The position numbers and the translations under genes are program-made. DNA of 64,000 bases from Octopus sinensis (lineage: Eukaryota): the NCBI RefSeq assembly GCF_006345805.1, contig NC_043019.1, positions 3,038,001-3,102,000 of the forward strand. The letters are read 5' to 3'. The first letter of the stretch is position 1. Every line of letters starts with the position of its first letter. The notes beneath the pieces were generated by a model that made no database searches, had not been told where the DNA came from, and saw only the letters and a program-made list of their open reading frames with translations. Of the stretch, positions 13,753 to 27,180 are shown in pieces.

Positions 13753-15181
13753 ATATACATTTGTGGGGGGGGGGGAGTGAGTGGAAACTTTTGTGCTAAT
13801 GATAATAGAATTCTAAATAAGTAATCTATACGATAGTGAGCTGTTATGTGAAAATAAGACACCTGTATTAATATGTACAGTTACATATCATCTACTAAAT
13901 GAAATATCATTGCACTGGTTTTCTTCACTATAATGGTACTCTAATAACTATTATGATATAAGGAATTTTATATAAAATGCTCAAGGAAATTGTATGACAA
14001 GGAACTCATGCTAACACAGTGATCGGCAATAAGAATTGTTTAATTATCTATATGAACTAGCTCTAAGCATTTTTATTTGTCAATAAAATTAATTTCAACA
14101 TTTACTGAAGTTGAACTTTGACTAGAATACAAAACAGATGAGAGAACAATCTGTGCCTACCATGACTGTTTGACTATAGTTCAGGTTTCAAAATTGTAAA
14201 ATCAAAATGTAAAGCTACCAAATAAACTGTAAGTTTGCAGTACAATCATTCCTTGTCATAGAGAGTTATATTATTGTGTAAGATCAACTTACAGCCATGT
14301 GGATATGGCCACTCAGAAATAAGTCTTTGGGCCATAATCACAACATGATGATGATAGCAAAAAGTTGACCAGTATTTTAGAAGCAGCTACACGCATTTAC
14401 ATGCAAATAATTTATTTAGATAATGCATGTTTAGCAAAGATGTTAAGCTAATTAATTAAATTACATTATCAGTAACATAAATATACACATGGTAATAAGT
14501 ATGATTTATAAAGCATTATTTATATACATATTTGTATATAAATATAACAAAAATGCATTAAAATAACATTATCACAAAGACTAGCAATTGTATGTTTTAT
14601 CATTATTTTACTATTGCTAATATTCTTCTAATTAGAAAAAAACCTAAATTTCAAAGAAAATTTGAAACCCACTTGTCAGAAGAAAGGGCTTGTAGTAGAA
14701 AATTATCAATATAATTGTTATATCGCATGTTCCGATGACCTCTACTCAACTCCCACCGTCTAGACTTCTCCCTCTATATCTATGTATTGGGCTAGCCTAC
14801 TTCATCGTCTAATATGTATTAAGCAGTGTGTTGATAATCTCATTAGATTATCCAATAACATATTTTAGATTAAATAACTGAAGCCAAACGTGAAATAATG
14901 ACATTAAATCTCATATAGATTGTTTTATAACATTTGATACTATATGTTAGCCATGATACATATCTCAATGTATTTAATTTAATACAGACCAGTTATATAT
15001 ACTAATATCATTAATTGAAATATTTCTTTAATTATTGATAACATTAAAAATATACAGAATATACATGGTGCATACTGGAATAAACATACACTTTAGATAT
15101 TGTGCAGGAAAGTACTGGCAAGTAAAATAGTGATCATGGTTAGAATTATTAGCTATATACTCATCAGATACTAAGTCTTAC

Positions 15182-15220
15182 CAGTTGTTTTTTCCACAGG
15201 TATAACAGGGGGAGGTGCAG
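15182..15220 (-). CDS. Microexon type A, 39 nt, AAPPPVIPVEKTT
   Basis: ttttaacag acceptor, gtaag donor. Confidence 0.85.
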
Positions 15221-15610
15221 CTGTTAAAAATATTTTATCTTATATGTTAGATAAAAATCATGTAAATTTTACATAATTAAAAAGGAAATTATCTTAAGAT
15301 ATTATATCAAACATAATTTATGAAATAATTGTTATATTTATGTTTCTTGCAAAAACAGAAAAGTGAATATTTTAAAAATATATTTTATTTATGTTTTCTA
15401 TGAAAGAAATAATTTAATCAGATATAATTTATATTGAACTTTGTCATGAATTTTAGATGTTAAAATTTTGTCACAGAAATAATATTATGGATTTTATAGG
15501 ATATCAGATTTTATAGGATATATATATATATAATATATATAAGATATATAATGTATCGTTTAATTTCATATTTATTTAGTTTCTATTTAATTTAAGCACT
15601 AAATTCTTAC

Positions 15611-15649
15611 CAGTTGTTAATTCCATGGGTTTAACTGGAGCTGGAGGAG
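15611..15649 (-). CDS. Microexon type B, 39 nt, APPAPVKPMELTT
   Basis: tttctgtag acceptor, gtaag donor. Confidence 0.85.
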
Positions 15650-17425
15650 CTACAGAAATGATATAGAATATGTAAGTTCACTGATATAATAACATCACAC
15701 TACCTTAGAATAATTGATGACTGAGTATATCATATTATATTTTTAATACAGTTTTTCTTATTATATATGGTTTTGATAGTGAAGGCTTATAAATTATATC
15801 AAAATGTCAAAGTAATTGATACACTATTTAATTTTGTATAAAACTTATCAATACAACCTTTTGGAAAGGCTTTAAGATACATGTCATGTTATGAAAATGT
15901 GTTCATGTGTTCTATGGCTTGTGTTTTCATGATATGAATGACAGTTAATTCAGCTATATCATAAAAGCGATAAATATTTTAAGCATTGTAGTATCTTTTA
16001 TGTTAAGCAATGGATGTAACAATGTAATTGTTTAGAATAATTAGAAAAAGTGGATTATATTTGTGACTCAATATGACGTGAATTATGAAACTAGCATGAG
16101 AAAAAGAATGATGTAATAAAGAATATTAATAATACGAATTAACTGAATACACTCAATAGTAAAGTATCGTTTGGTAATTAGTATAAAAAAAATTTTATTA
16201 CAGAAATATTAATCTGATATATATTAATTTAAATAAATTATTATTTACAACAAACTTATAAAAATTATATGATAAACATTAGCCCTGTTCAGAGTGATAT
16301 ATAACATTACATTTAATTGGACAAATGAATATAGCCATAAATATCTAGTATTATGCAGAATATATCGTATTTCAATTAATATCATGTAATAGAATTCTAA
16401 AATGCACCATGTATGTAGAACATTCTTGTGAATTTTAAGAGATACTGAAGTTAAAGAATGTGGAAACCCTTTCTTTGACAATATTAGTAGTTGAATCAAT
16501 ATAGAAATATGTAATATCAGTAGTTTTAACAGAACACTTGTATACTATACTCCTCTGAATAGAGTTTCTATCCAAGGGAAAATCACCACCGGATCTGCAA
16601 TTTCAGTTATGTGTTATGCTGAGTGGCATAATTAAATTGTCTTAAGTACTACTAACTATGCTGCTATGAAATATATACACACATGATTGAAGTATAAAGC
16701 ATAATGCATGTTACCTTACAACCATGGATTAAATTAATGTTATTATGCAGACTATCATCTACTTTCTTATTATTTTTAGCATCTCCTAAAATATACTTAC
16801 AAACAACTGATGAGCACCTCACAAATATGGAGATAAATTGTCAGAAATATTTGTACCAGCAAATCCTAACTATAATTTGAACTCTTTCTCAAATTGAAGA
16901 AACAAAAGTAATAAACTTCTGTCTATTTCTAGCAATATTTCTATTTCCCGTAATATATATACATATCAATCTATCATACCAATATATGAAGTAATCATAT
17001 CATTGTTCTAAACAGCATTCCTCAAAATAGGACAAATAAGTATTTAGTGCCATGGTGATAATCTCATATACTTTACATAAAATAAGTTATATATACATAG
17101 ACACTGACATACTAGAAACGATTATATTGTGTTACAAAAGAATTTAAAAGTGTGTGAAATACATGTTATGCAAGTGCTTCTATTATTTTGGTATTATTAG
17201 AATTACAAAGGTATACTTCACATATAATTATATTTGCAAATATCATTAATCATGAAACTATTTCATTATTAATAACAATATATCTAAATAATAATATTCA
17301 GATTATATATGTGCATATTGGAATAAAAGATACACATTAGCTTTTGTGCAGGAAAGTACTCTCAAGTAAAATAGTGATCAAGGTTAGAATTATTAGCTAT
17401 ATATACATCAGATGCTAATTCTTAC

Positions 17426-17464
17426 CAGTAGTTTTTTCCACAGGTATAACAGGGGGAGGTACAG
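17426..17464 (-). CDS. Microexon type A, 39 nt, AVPPPVIPVEKTT
   Basis: ctttaacag acceptor, gtaag donor. Confidence 0.85.
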
Positions 17465-17795
17465 CTGTTAAAGATATAGTTTCTTATATGTGAGATAGCA
17501 TTTGAAATTATGAGAGATTTACATATTAAGCTTTATAAAGAATATTTTGCTTTTTTAAAACTTATATGATACAAAAATATAATTTATTTATGCATGATTT
17601 AAGTATGTCTTTCTAATGAAATTGATAAAGTATTAGAATAAAGGGACTTAATTTAAGCACACAAATAATTTGATGTAAATATTTTACCATACCATAATAC
17701 TTATTTTAATTTAGGATATCACATAGTGTGTGTGTGGGTGATATAGTATTAAATTTAATATTTTGTTCTTATTTATTTGAGGACTAAATTCTTAC

Positions 17796-17834
17796 CAGTT
17801 GTTAATTCCACAGGTTTAACTGGAGCTGCAGGAG
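17796..17834 (-). CDS. Microexon type B, 39 nt, APAAPVKPVELTT
   Basis: tttacaaag acceptor, gtaag donor. Confidence 0.82.
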
Positions 17835-18269
17835 CTTTGTAAATGATATGAAACAAATGAGTTCACTGGTATAATAACATCATATTACTTAAGAATAACT
17901 TGAGACTAAGTATAATATATAAATTACTAATTTTATACAGAATTTACTTATAAAATTTTCAAGAAGATTTTAGAGTTTATGATGCAAAGGCTGTGATGAG
18001 GATGTACAGAGTTTTTATGAAATTCTATGGTTTGACTTTTCTTTCATGGTATCATAAATGAGTAATATTTTAAATATGTCATAAATGTGGTAAATATTGG
18101 TAAATATATTTCATACTGAATTTAAATGCTGATTTCTTAGCTGATAAAGGTTTCCTAGATAATATTGAAGTAGAAAATATTGTACAATATTTAATGCCAG
18201 GCGACAGGCTTCATGGTACATTATCAATCCAGGAGAAAACTAGAAAATGAGATTATTTGGGGATAAATA

Positions 18270-18457
18270 TTCTTTTCTACTCCAGGCACAAGGCTCGAAA
18301 TTTTGGTTAAGTAGATTGACCCCAGTACACAACTGGTACTTAATTTATCGACCCTGAAAGGATGAAAGGCAAAGTCGATGGAATTTGAACTCAGAACGTA
18401 AAGACAAGACAAAATACCACTAAACATTTTGCCTGGTTTGCTAATGCTTTTGCCACC
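18270..18457 (-). mobile_element. SINE, family 2
   Basis: Family core; absent at the paralogous site near 21310. Confidence 0.85.
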
Positions 18458-19462
18458 TTATTTGGGGGGGTGGGATAAATATTGCAAGAAGTATGACAAT
18501 GATGAATCAGCACAGTCTGGTGATAGATTGAAAGAGTGCTTCTTTCTGTGCAAATAGTTGAAACAAGATAATAGAAGAGGAGATGATATAATGTGATGAG
18601 AACAAAAAGAATTAATAATAAGGTTCGAGTGAATAAAGAATTGCCTGATGATTAACCTTTCTGAAGTGAATACATGTTATATGAAAATCATTCTAATACA
18701 ATTGTAACAAGTATAATGATTATTTACAACAAACTTATGAAAATATAACCATCAGGTTTATTCTGGTAATTTTATTAATTTCATTATGTTGCAATCATAT
18801 GACTGAGTAGGAATTAGGGAAATGGTTACAAAAGGTAATAATTCAACTACATCCCATTGAGTTATTATATTTGTGTCAGAAATTTCGCATCAGAGAGCAA
18901 CATATTTGTTCAGTATTAAATCAATATGTAACTAGAGATGATAAGCATTCTGTTACAAACTGATATTTTAGGAAATGTAAAAATATATTAACCTGAAGTT
19001 AATTTGTAGTTATAAGTGTGTTATTAATTTCCAAGTGTAACATGCTAAATTTTCAGGTGACTAGTTAGAACAATTAGTGTTCAAAATTAAACATTGATAT
19101 TCTATATATTACTGATATTGGTTAAAAAACTTTTGGGTTTGTGATAATAAACTTTTATGCATGATAACTGTAATTGTCATTTGAGAATGTGTCACATCTT
19201 TATATGTTTTTGTATTTTCATCTAGCCAATATTTTCTTAAAATTAAGTATCTTTCATTTCTTAGAGTTAAGACATCTGAAATGAATATATGTTGTACAAC
19301 TAATTCAGAGAACCATTAATTCCAGGTACAAACTGTTGTGAAAATATTGATACACCTAAGAAATGTGTGATGTCAGCTTTATCAGTTAGCTGAAGATACA
19401 CCAAACCATGCGATTTATCTTATTACTTTAAAAGGAATCTCAAATAAAAACAAATTTGTTTC

Positions 19463-19853
19463 TGGCGCAAGCATGGTTGTGTGGTAAGAAGATTGGTTCC
19501 CAACTATGTGGTTCCGGGTTCAGTCCCCAGTGTGGCACCTTTGAAAAATGGCTGCTACTGTAGCCTCAGACCAACCAAAGCTTTGTCAATGGATTTGGTA
19601 AATGGAAACCATTGTATATATCTATATAGATACATGTGTATGCCTGGGTTTCTCCCCTATCACCTTTTGATAACTTGTGCTGGTGTGTATAAATCACAAA
19701 AACTCAGTGGTTAGGCCAAGGAGACCAATGGATCAAGTACCAGTCTTTAAAAAAATAAGTACTGGGGTTGATGTGTCCAACTAAAGTTTTTCAAAGTGGT
19801 GCCCCAGCATGGCTGCAGTCAAAATTACTTAAACAAGTAAAAGATAGAAGATA
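19463..19853 (+). mobile_element. SINE, family 1
   Basis: gtgtggtaagaag...gggttcagtccc head to aaacaagtaaaaga end. Confidence 0.8.
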
Positions 19854-20541
19854 AAATGCAGTAGTCTATTGCTTCTAAATCTTCCAATTAGTAATCTCAT
19901 GCAGAAGTCTTTGTGACAATAATTACAAATTCTCATAGACAATAAATGTGAGCTTAATTATATAGTAAAAACATGACTTAGAAATATACACATGAACATA
20001 GTTAAAAAATGAATTATGTACAAATGTTATGAAAAGAGACCACTGTCCATTCCTATCAATATTTCTATTTCTTTAATATATGTCGGTATAAGTTTGTTAT
20101 TGTGGTAAAATATGGAGCAAATTCAATGTTCTTAGTTATATACCTCAAAATAGTACTAATACATACTTAGTGCTGGGGTGATAATCTCATTAGTAATCAA
20201 GCAACATACTTTACATAGAATAATTTGTGTATACATGAATACTGACATACAATAAATGATATTAAGGTAAAGTCTTCTATGTTATGTAAATATTTTTGAC
20301 TTTTATATTATTAGAAATACTAAGGTATACTTCATCAAAGACACTTATTTGTGCTAATACCATTAACTATGAAAGTGACTTCATTATTTATAAAAATATA
20401 TCTTGATAACATAATCCAGATTATATGTGCATATTGCAATAAAACATACACATTATATATTGTGCAGAAAATTACTTTCAAGTAAAATAGTGATCATGGT
20501 TAGACTTATTAGCTACATACTCATCAGATACTAATTCTTAC

Positions 20542-20580
20542 CAGTAGTTTTTTCCTCGGGTATAACAGGGGGAGGTACAG
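20542..20580 (-). CDS. Microexon type A, 39 nt, AVPPPVIPEEKTT
   Basis: tttttagcag acceptor (tandem NAGNAG), gtaag donor. Confidence 0.83.
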
Positions 20581-20852
20581 CTGCTAAAAATATAGTTTCT
20601 TACAAGTGAGATGGCTTTTGAAATCATGAGTTATAGGTTTACGCATTAATCAGTGTAAAGGATATGTTACTTTTTTTTTAACTAATATTATACAAAAATA
20701 TAATTTATTTATGCATAGTTTAAGTATGTCTTACTAATGAAATCAAAAAAGTAATAGAATAAAGAAGATTTTAATTTCATTAAAGAAATAATATGATATA
20801 TATCATTTAATGTTATGTTTAATTCCTATTTATTTGAGCACTAAATCCTTAC

Positions 20853-20891
20853 CAGTTGTTAATTCCACAGGTTTAATTGGTGCTGCAGGAG
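20853..20891 (-). CDS. Microexon type B, 39 nt, APAAPIKPVELTT
   Basis: tttacatag acceptor, gtaag donor. Confidence 0.85.
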
Positions 20892-21180
20892 CTATGTAAA
20901 TGATATAAAATAGCTGAGTTCACTGACATAACAAAATCACATTAGTTAGAAACTGAATATAACATATTAGCACTAATTTTAGCAGAATTTATTTAATAAA
21001 ATTGCATCAATATTCTCAGTTTAAGACATGAGAATTGATTTTAATGAACAGATGTTTTATACATTCTACAGTTTGATTTTTCTTGCATGGTAACATGAGT
21101 GAGTAATACTTTAAATATGTCATAAATATGGTAAATATTGTTACATATATTAACACTGAATTTAATTTCTGAATTCTTAC

Positions 21181-21207
21181 CAGCTGATACAGGTTTACTA
21201 GATAATA
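21181..21207 (-). CDS. Candidate third-type microexon (C), 27 nt, VLSSKPVSA
   Basis: tttcctgttacag|TATTATCTAGTAAACCTGTATCAGCTG|gtaag; phase-1 symmetric; paralogous positions in other units lack the GT donor. Confidence 0.4.
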
Positions 21208-22039
21208 CTGTAACAGGAAATATTTTAATGTTAGGCAACAATATTTTAATGTTAGGTAACAATCTTCATGATATATGATCAATTCAGAAAAAACTAGAAA
21301 ATGAGACTTAGGTGGGATAAAAATTCCATGAATTATGGCAATAATGAATCAGCATAGTCTGCTGATAGATTGAAAGAGTGAGAAAACAGATAATGAAAGA
21401 GGAGATGCTGTAATGTGATGAGATCAAAAACATATAGAATAAGGTTTAAGTGAATAAAGTGTTCCTAAGTGGTTAACTTTCTTGAAGTCAATGCATGTCA
21501 CAATAAAATCAATTTAATACAACGTAACAAATATAATGATTATTTACATCAAACTTGTGAAAAGATAACTATCAGATTTATTCTGAAAGTTGTATTATGT
21601 GCATTATGCTGCAGTTATGCCTGTAGCTAGGAATTAGGAAAAAGGTTAAAAATACAATAATTTAAACATATATATGTAGATTATACCATTTATGTTAGAA
21701 ATCATACCTTTTACCATTAACACATTGTTTCAATATTGAATCAATGTGTAACTATAGATCATAAACATTCTGATACAAACTGATATTTCAAGAAGTGTAA
21801 AAATATATAAACCTGAAGTTAATTTGTAATTATAAGTGTGTTATTAATTTCCAAGTGTGACATGCTAAACTTTCAGGTGACTAGTTAGAATAATTTGTGT
21901 TCAAAATTAAACATTGATATTTTATTTTGGTTAAAGAACTTTGGGATTTTGTAATGATAAATGTTTATGCATGATAACTGTAATAATCATTTGGGAATAT
22001 GTAACATTTTGATATATTTTTGCATTTTCACCTACTCCT

Positions 22040-22251
22040 TTACTAGCTTCAGTCATTTGACTGTGGCCATGCTGGAGCACAGCCTTTAGTCGAAAAAGTC
22101 GCCCCCATGACTTATTCTTTGTAAGTCTAGTACCTATTCTCTCAGTCTCTTTTGCTGAACCACTAAGTTACGGTGACATAAACACATGAACATCAGTTGT
22201 CAAGCAATGGCAGGGGGACAAACATAGATGCACAAAAAATATACGTGTTTG

Positions 22252-22291
<40 letters not shown>

Positions 22292-22305
22292 TGTATAGAC
22301 ATATA

Positions 22306-22351
<46 letters not shown>

Positions 22352-22508
22352 ACGGGCTTCTTTCAGTTTCCGTCTACCAAATCCACTCACAAGGCTTTGA
22401 TTGGCCTAAGGCTATAGTAGAAGACACTTACCTAAGGTGTCACACAGTGGAGCTGAACCCAGAACCATGTAGTTGGTAGGCAAGCTACTCACCACACAGC
22501 CATGCCTT
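22040..22508 (-). mobile_element. SINE, family 1, with internal TA/CA microsatellite
   Basis: Family homology. Confidence 0.85.
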
Positions 22509-23773
22509 CTTAAACTAAAATATCCATCACTAATAAGAGTCACATAATTGAGTTGAATGTGTGTGTTGTATGATAAACTCACTGATCCACTAATTCCAGG
22601 TAGAAACTATTGTGAAAATTTTGATGAGCATAAAATATGAGTGATGCTAGCCCTCTGAGTTAGCTGAAGATATGCCTAGCCATATGATTATGTTATTACT
22701 CTAAAATGAACCTCATATAAAAGCTAAAAACAATTAATTTCAGTAAACACTGGCTATTTGCCTTTAGAATTTCAAATTGCTAAATTCTAAATCATTAAGC
22801 TACTAATAAGCTGCCAAAATAGTAAAATTAAAACAAAAAGTTACCAACAAGATTAAGTTACCCTTTATAATTCAATAGGGAAGCTACAGCCAGTTGTAGT
22901 GAGTTATACAACATAGTATTTTCTGCTTACAGCCAAGAAAATCAGTCATAAATACATAAGTCCTCGTGACAAAAATCAATTTAATGTTGGGGACATATAT
23001 AAAACTGATGACATCCACTTTTCTCTACCATTCCATATTACACTGTTTCAATATCTTCAATAAGACTATATCCATATGCAGTTATGAAAACAAAAACTCA
23101 TAGATAAATTATGTTATTCTAGTTATATAATGAAAAAACAAAAATATATGAAATTCTTTAGAAATATACACATGGACATAATTAAAAATAAGCCAATGTG
23201 CACATCTTACAAAAGAAAATATGGATTAAACCAACTTCATTATATAAATAGACTACTGCCTATCACTATTTCTATTTCCTTTAATATATGTCCATATAAG
23301 TCTGTGATTGCACCAAAATATGGAGCAATTTCATTTCTGTTCTTAGCAGTATTCCTCAAAATAGTGCAAACATATAGTGCTGTGGTGATTAATCTCATTA
23401 GTTAATCAAACCACATACTTTGTGTAAAATAACACACACACACACAAACACACACACATTGACATACAATAAGTTATTAAGAAAGAGTATTTGTTTATAT
23501 TTATATCATGTTACAAATTACTGTAAAACAATGTGAGAAATATGTTACATAAATATTTTTGTTATTTTCATATTATTAGAATTGCTAAGATATACATCAT
23601 CACAGACCATTTATACTTCCTCATATCATTACCTATAACATTGATTTAAATATATAAATCGCATATAAGAATAAAGCATACACATTAGATATTGTGCAGG
23701 AAAGTACTCTCAAGTAAAATAGTGATCATGGTTAGACTTATTAGCTACATACTCATCAGATACTAATTCTTAC

Positions 23774-23812
23774 CAGTTGTTTTTTCCACAGGTATAACAG
23801 GGGGAGGTGCAG
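23774..23812 (-). CDS. Microexon type A, 39 nt, AAPPPVIPVEKTT
   Basis: ttttaacag acceptor, gtaag donor. Confidence 0.85.
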
Positions 23813-24137
23813 CTGTTAAAAGTATAGTTTCTTATATGTGAGATGGCATTTGAAATCATGAGTCTACGTATTAATCAGTACAAATGATACATTACTTTTT
23901 TTTAACTAATACTAGACAAAAATATAATTTATTTATGCATGGTTTAAGTATGTCTTAGTAATGAAATCAAAAACAATATTAGAATAAAGAGTCTTTTAAT
24001 TTCAGTACAGAACTAATTTGATATATTTTATCATATTACGATATGTACTATGTTGTAGGATAACACATAGTATACATAGAATATATATCATTAAATGTTA
24101 TATCTAGTTCCTATTTATTTGAGCACTAAATCCTTAC

Positions 24138-24176
24138 CAGTTGTTAATTCCACAGGTTTAACTGGAGCTGGAAGAG
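24138..24176 (-). CDS. Microexon type B, 39 nt, ALPAPVKPVELTT
   Basis: tttccttag acceptor, gtaag donor. Confidence 0.83.
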
Positions 24177-25079
24177 CTAAGGAAATGATATGAAATAAGT
24201 TAGTTCACTGTCATAATAAAATCACATTACTTAAGAATACATAGAGACTGAATTTAACATATTTGTCATTAATTTTATGTAGAATTTATTTATATAACTT
24301 TCATCGATAATTACAGTTAAGATGCAAAAAATCTGATGAGAATGTATAGATGTTTTACATCTTCTAGGGTTTGGTTTTTCTTACATGGTGAGTAATAGTT
24401 TAGATATATCATAAATGTGGCAAATATTGGTAAAAATATTTCATACTGAATTTAATTGCTGAATTCTTATCAGCTGATTCAATACCAAGATAATACTGAA
24501 ACATGAAATATTGTAGCTTGTAGTATTAGGTTACTGGCTCAATGAAACATTATTAATTTTAGAAAACTAGAAAATGGGATTATTCAGGCAAAATAGTACA
24601 CAAATTATGACATTGGTGACACAATAAAATCTGATCATAGATTAAAATTGTGCTTGATTCTACTGAACTAGGTAAAACAGGTAATGAGGAATGATATGTG
24701 ATGAGATGAAAAAAATCAATAAGGTTTAAGTGAATGAAGAATCCCTGGTGGTTAACCTTGAAGTAAATGCAGGTTATATGAAAATCAATCTAATACAATT
24801 GTAACAAGTATAATGATTATTTACAGCAAACTTGTGAAAATATAACCATCAGGTTTATTCTGAAAATTGTATTAATTTCATTATGATACAGTTGTATCTT
24901 TGACAAGGAATAAGGAAAACATTTACAAAACGTAATAATTCAATTATATATCATCAAATTATATTTGTGTCAGAAATCATGCATCACAGAGCAACATACT
25001 TGTTCAGTATTAGATCAATATGTAACTAGAGATGATAAATATTCTGACACAAACTGATATTTTAAGAACTGTAAAAATA

Positions 25080-26300
25080 TTAGGGTGTTCAGAAAGTAAT
25101 TGCATTTTATCAGAAAGGATACAAAAATGAATGTAAAATACATTTATCTGAATAGTTTTTAAACAACTGCAGTGCAACAGCAAAGTAACTTTTTTACATT
25201 GTGTTCTTAGAAACCTATTTCTTTCCTTGGAAAAAAAAGTCTTAAAGACTGTTTTCAACTTCCTCTGTATTTCTGAAGTTTCACCTTTCATAAAATGTTC
25301 TAGTGATCAGAACAGATGGGAATCCATACGTGCTAAACCAAGTCAGTATGAAGGATGGGGAAGAACTTCTCATCCTAATGATCTTATTTTTCTTGGGTGT
25401 TTTGAAGAGGGTGGCCATGCATTGTCATGCTGGAGAATAACACCTATTCTCTTTACCACTTTCAATGTAATTTTTCATTTACACGATCAAGTTGTTGGCA
25501 ACAAACATATGCATTGATGGTCCTTCCATGTTCAAGTAGCTTGTAATGGATGATACCTTTCATGTTCCACCAAATACAGAGCAGATATTTTGTGGATGGA
25601 GTTCTGGTTTTGGTGCTGGCACTGGCTTCTCATTATGTGATAACCATTACCTTTTTCATTTTCTGTTATGATGCAAAACCTATTTTTCATCACCTGTAAC
25701 AATGCACTGCAGAAATGACAAGTTATCACTCCTGGTTAGAAGACTGTTGCAGATGGTGGAATGTTGTGTTCCGTTTTCAAGCATAAGCTCATGTGGAACC
25801 CAAATCTCCCTTTTGCATGTTTTCCCAATTTGCCTGAAATGTTTGTAGATAGTTGAACATGATACGTTGAATTTTTGTGCTAAATCTCTGGTGTTTAGAC
25901 ATGGATCCAATACAATAGTTTCATTCAGAGTGGGTCATCTTCTAGAATAAGGCTTATCAGATATGTCACTATTGCCATCTTTAAACCTCTTAAACCACAA
26001 CTAACATGTACAAGCTTTCACTGCATCCGGATACACTTCACAAATGTTTTACATTGTATCTGTAGCAGTACTTTTCTTTTGAAACTCATAAAGTAAGCAA
26101 TGGCGAATATGCTGTTTCATAAACTTCTTACCCTACACAGGGTTAATTACTGAAATAACTATGAATGACACACTGTCAAATAGAAGAGATGATATGATAT
26201 TTCTAGACAGTTCCCACCCATTTGACTTTGGCACTGACATGATTGATTGGTTCATATTTCATAGTGGTGAAAAAACACAATTACTTTCTGAACACCCTAA
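25080..26300 (-). mobile_element. Decayed near full-length mariner DNA transposon (about 1.2 kb)
   Basis: TIRs ttagggtgttcagaaagtaattg / caattactttctgaacaccctaa, TA duplications on both sides, WVPHEL and TGDEK motifs. Confidence 0.93.
25150..26120 (-). pseudogene. Mariner transposase pseudogene
   Basis: Begins MKQHIRHCLLYEF at 26120; ORF 25680-25910 carries the HTH-like segment, WVPHEL and TGDEK followed by a stop; further stops and frameshifts. Confidence 0.88.
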
Positions 26301-26799
26301 TACATTAACTTGAAGTTAATTTGTAATTATAAGTGTGTTGTTAATTTCCAAGTGTGACATGCTAAATTTTCAGGTGACTAGTTAGAATAATTAGTGTTCA
26401 AAATTAAACATTGATGTTGAAATATATCACTGATTTGGGTTAAAAAAAAACTTCTGATTTTATGATTATAAAGTTTTACGTACAGTAACTGTAACAATCA
26501 TTTGGGGATGTTACATGTTTTGATATGTGTTAGTGTTTTAATCCAGTGAAGATTTTCTGGAACTTAAGTGTCCTCCACTACTTAGTTGAATGTGTGCATT
26601 GTACAACAAAGTCAGTGAACCACTACTTCCAGGTAAACTGCTGAGAAAACTTTGATGAACATAATGTTATGTAAGCTCTATCTATTAGTTGCATGTATTC
26701 CTGGTACCCTCATTGGAAATTATCTCTGATGACTTAAACAGGAAACAGATGCAAAAAAAAAATTGTATAAGTGAAGGCAGTTAATATATTACTTCTTAA

Positions 26800-27180
26800 C
26801 TTAGACCTTGACAAAAACATTGCAGGAACAACTAGACAGATGCTACACTTTTTATTCTGACATGTATTTAATATCAAATGACAACAGAGGATGACCTGTA
26901 AAGACCTCTACAGAGACATTCCTTCAATATCAAAGGTAGTCAGAGCCAGGAGACTCTGTTTTGCTGGGTAATACTACTAGGCTAGGAACGAATATACCAG
27001 AAATGAGTTACTCTGGGAACCAACATATGGCAACAGGAGCAGAAGTTGACCAGCTACAACATATGTTGACAGACAGACTAGTGACCAGCAATGGCCAATC
27101 AGTTCCTGAGTTGAAGACAGCAAATGAGGACAGGGACTATTGGAGGAACATCTGTGCAGATCAAGGGGAAGCTCAGTCTA
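26800..27180 (+). mobile_element. Old RTE-like LINE 3' fragment
   Basis: Frameshifted motifs LD.CYT, VRARRL.FAG, LWEPT.G.RS, ELKTA.EDRDYWR. Confidence 0.7.

Noticed and set aside
17290-17415. C/D box snoRNA-like TGATG...CTGA downstream of A donors
   Set aside because: Box C is imperfect, is not conserved among units, and lies too close to the 5' splice site; expected by chance in AT-rich DNA.
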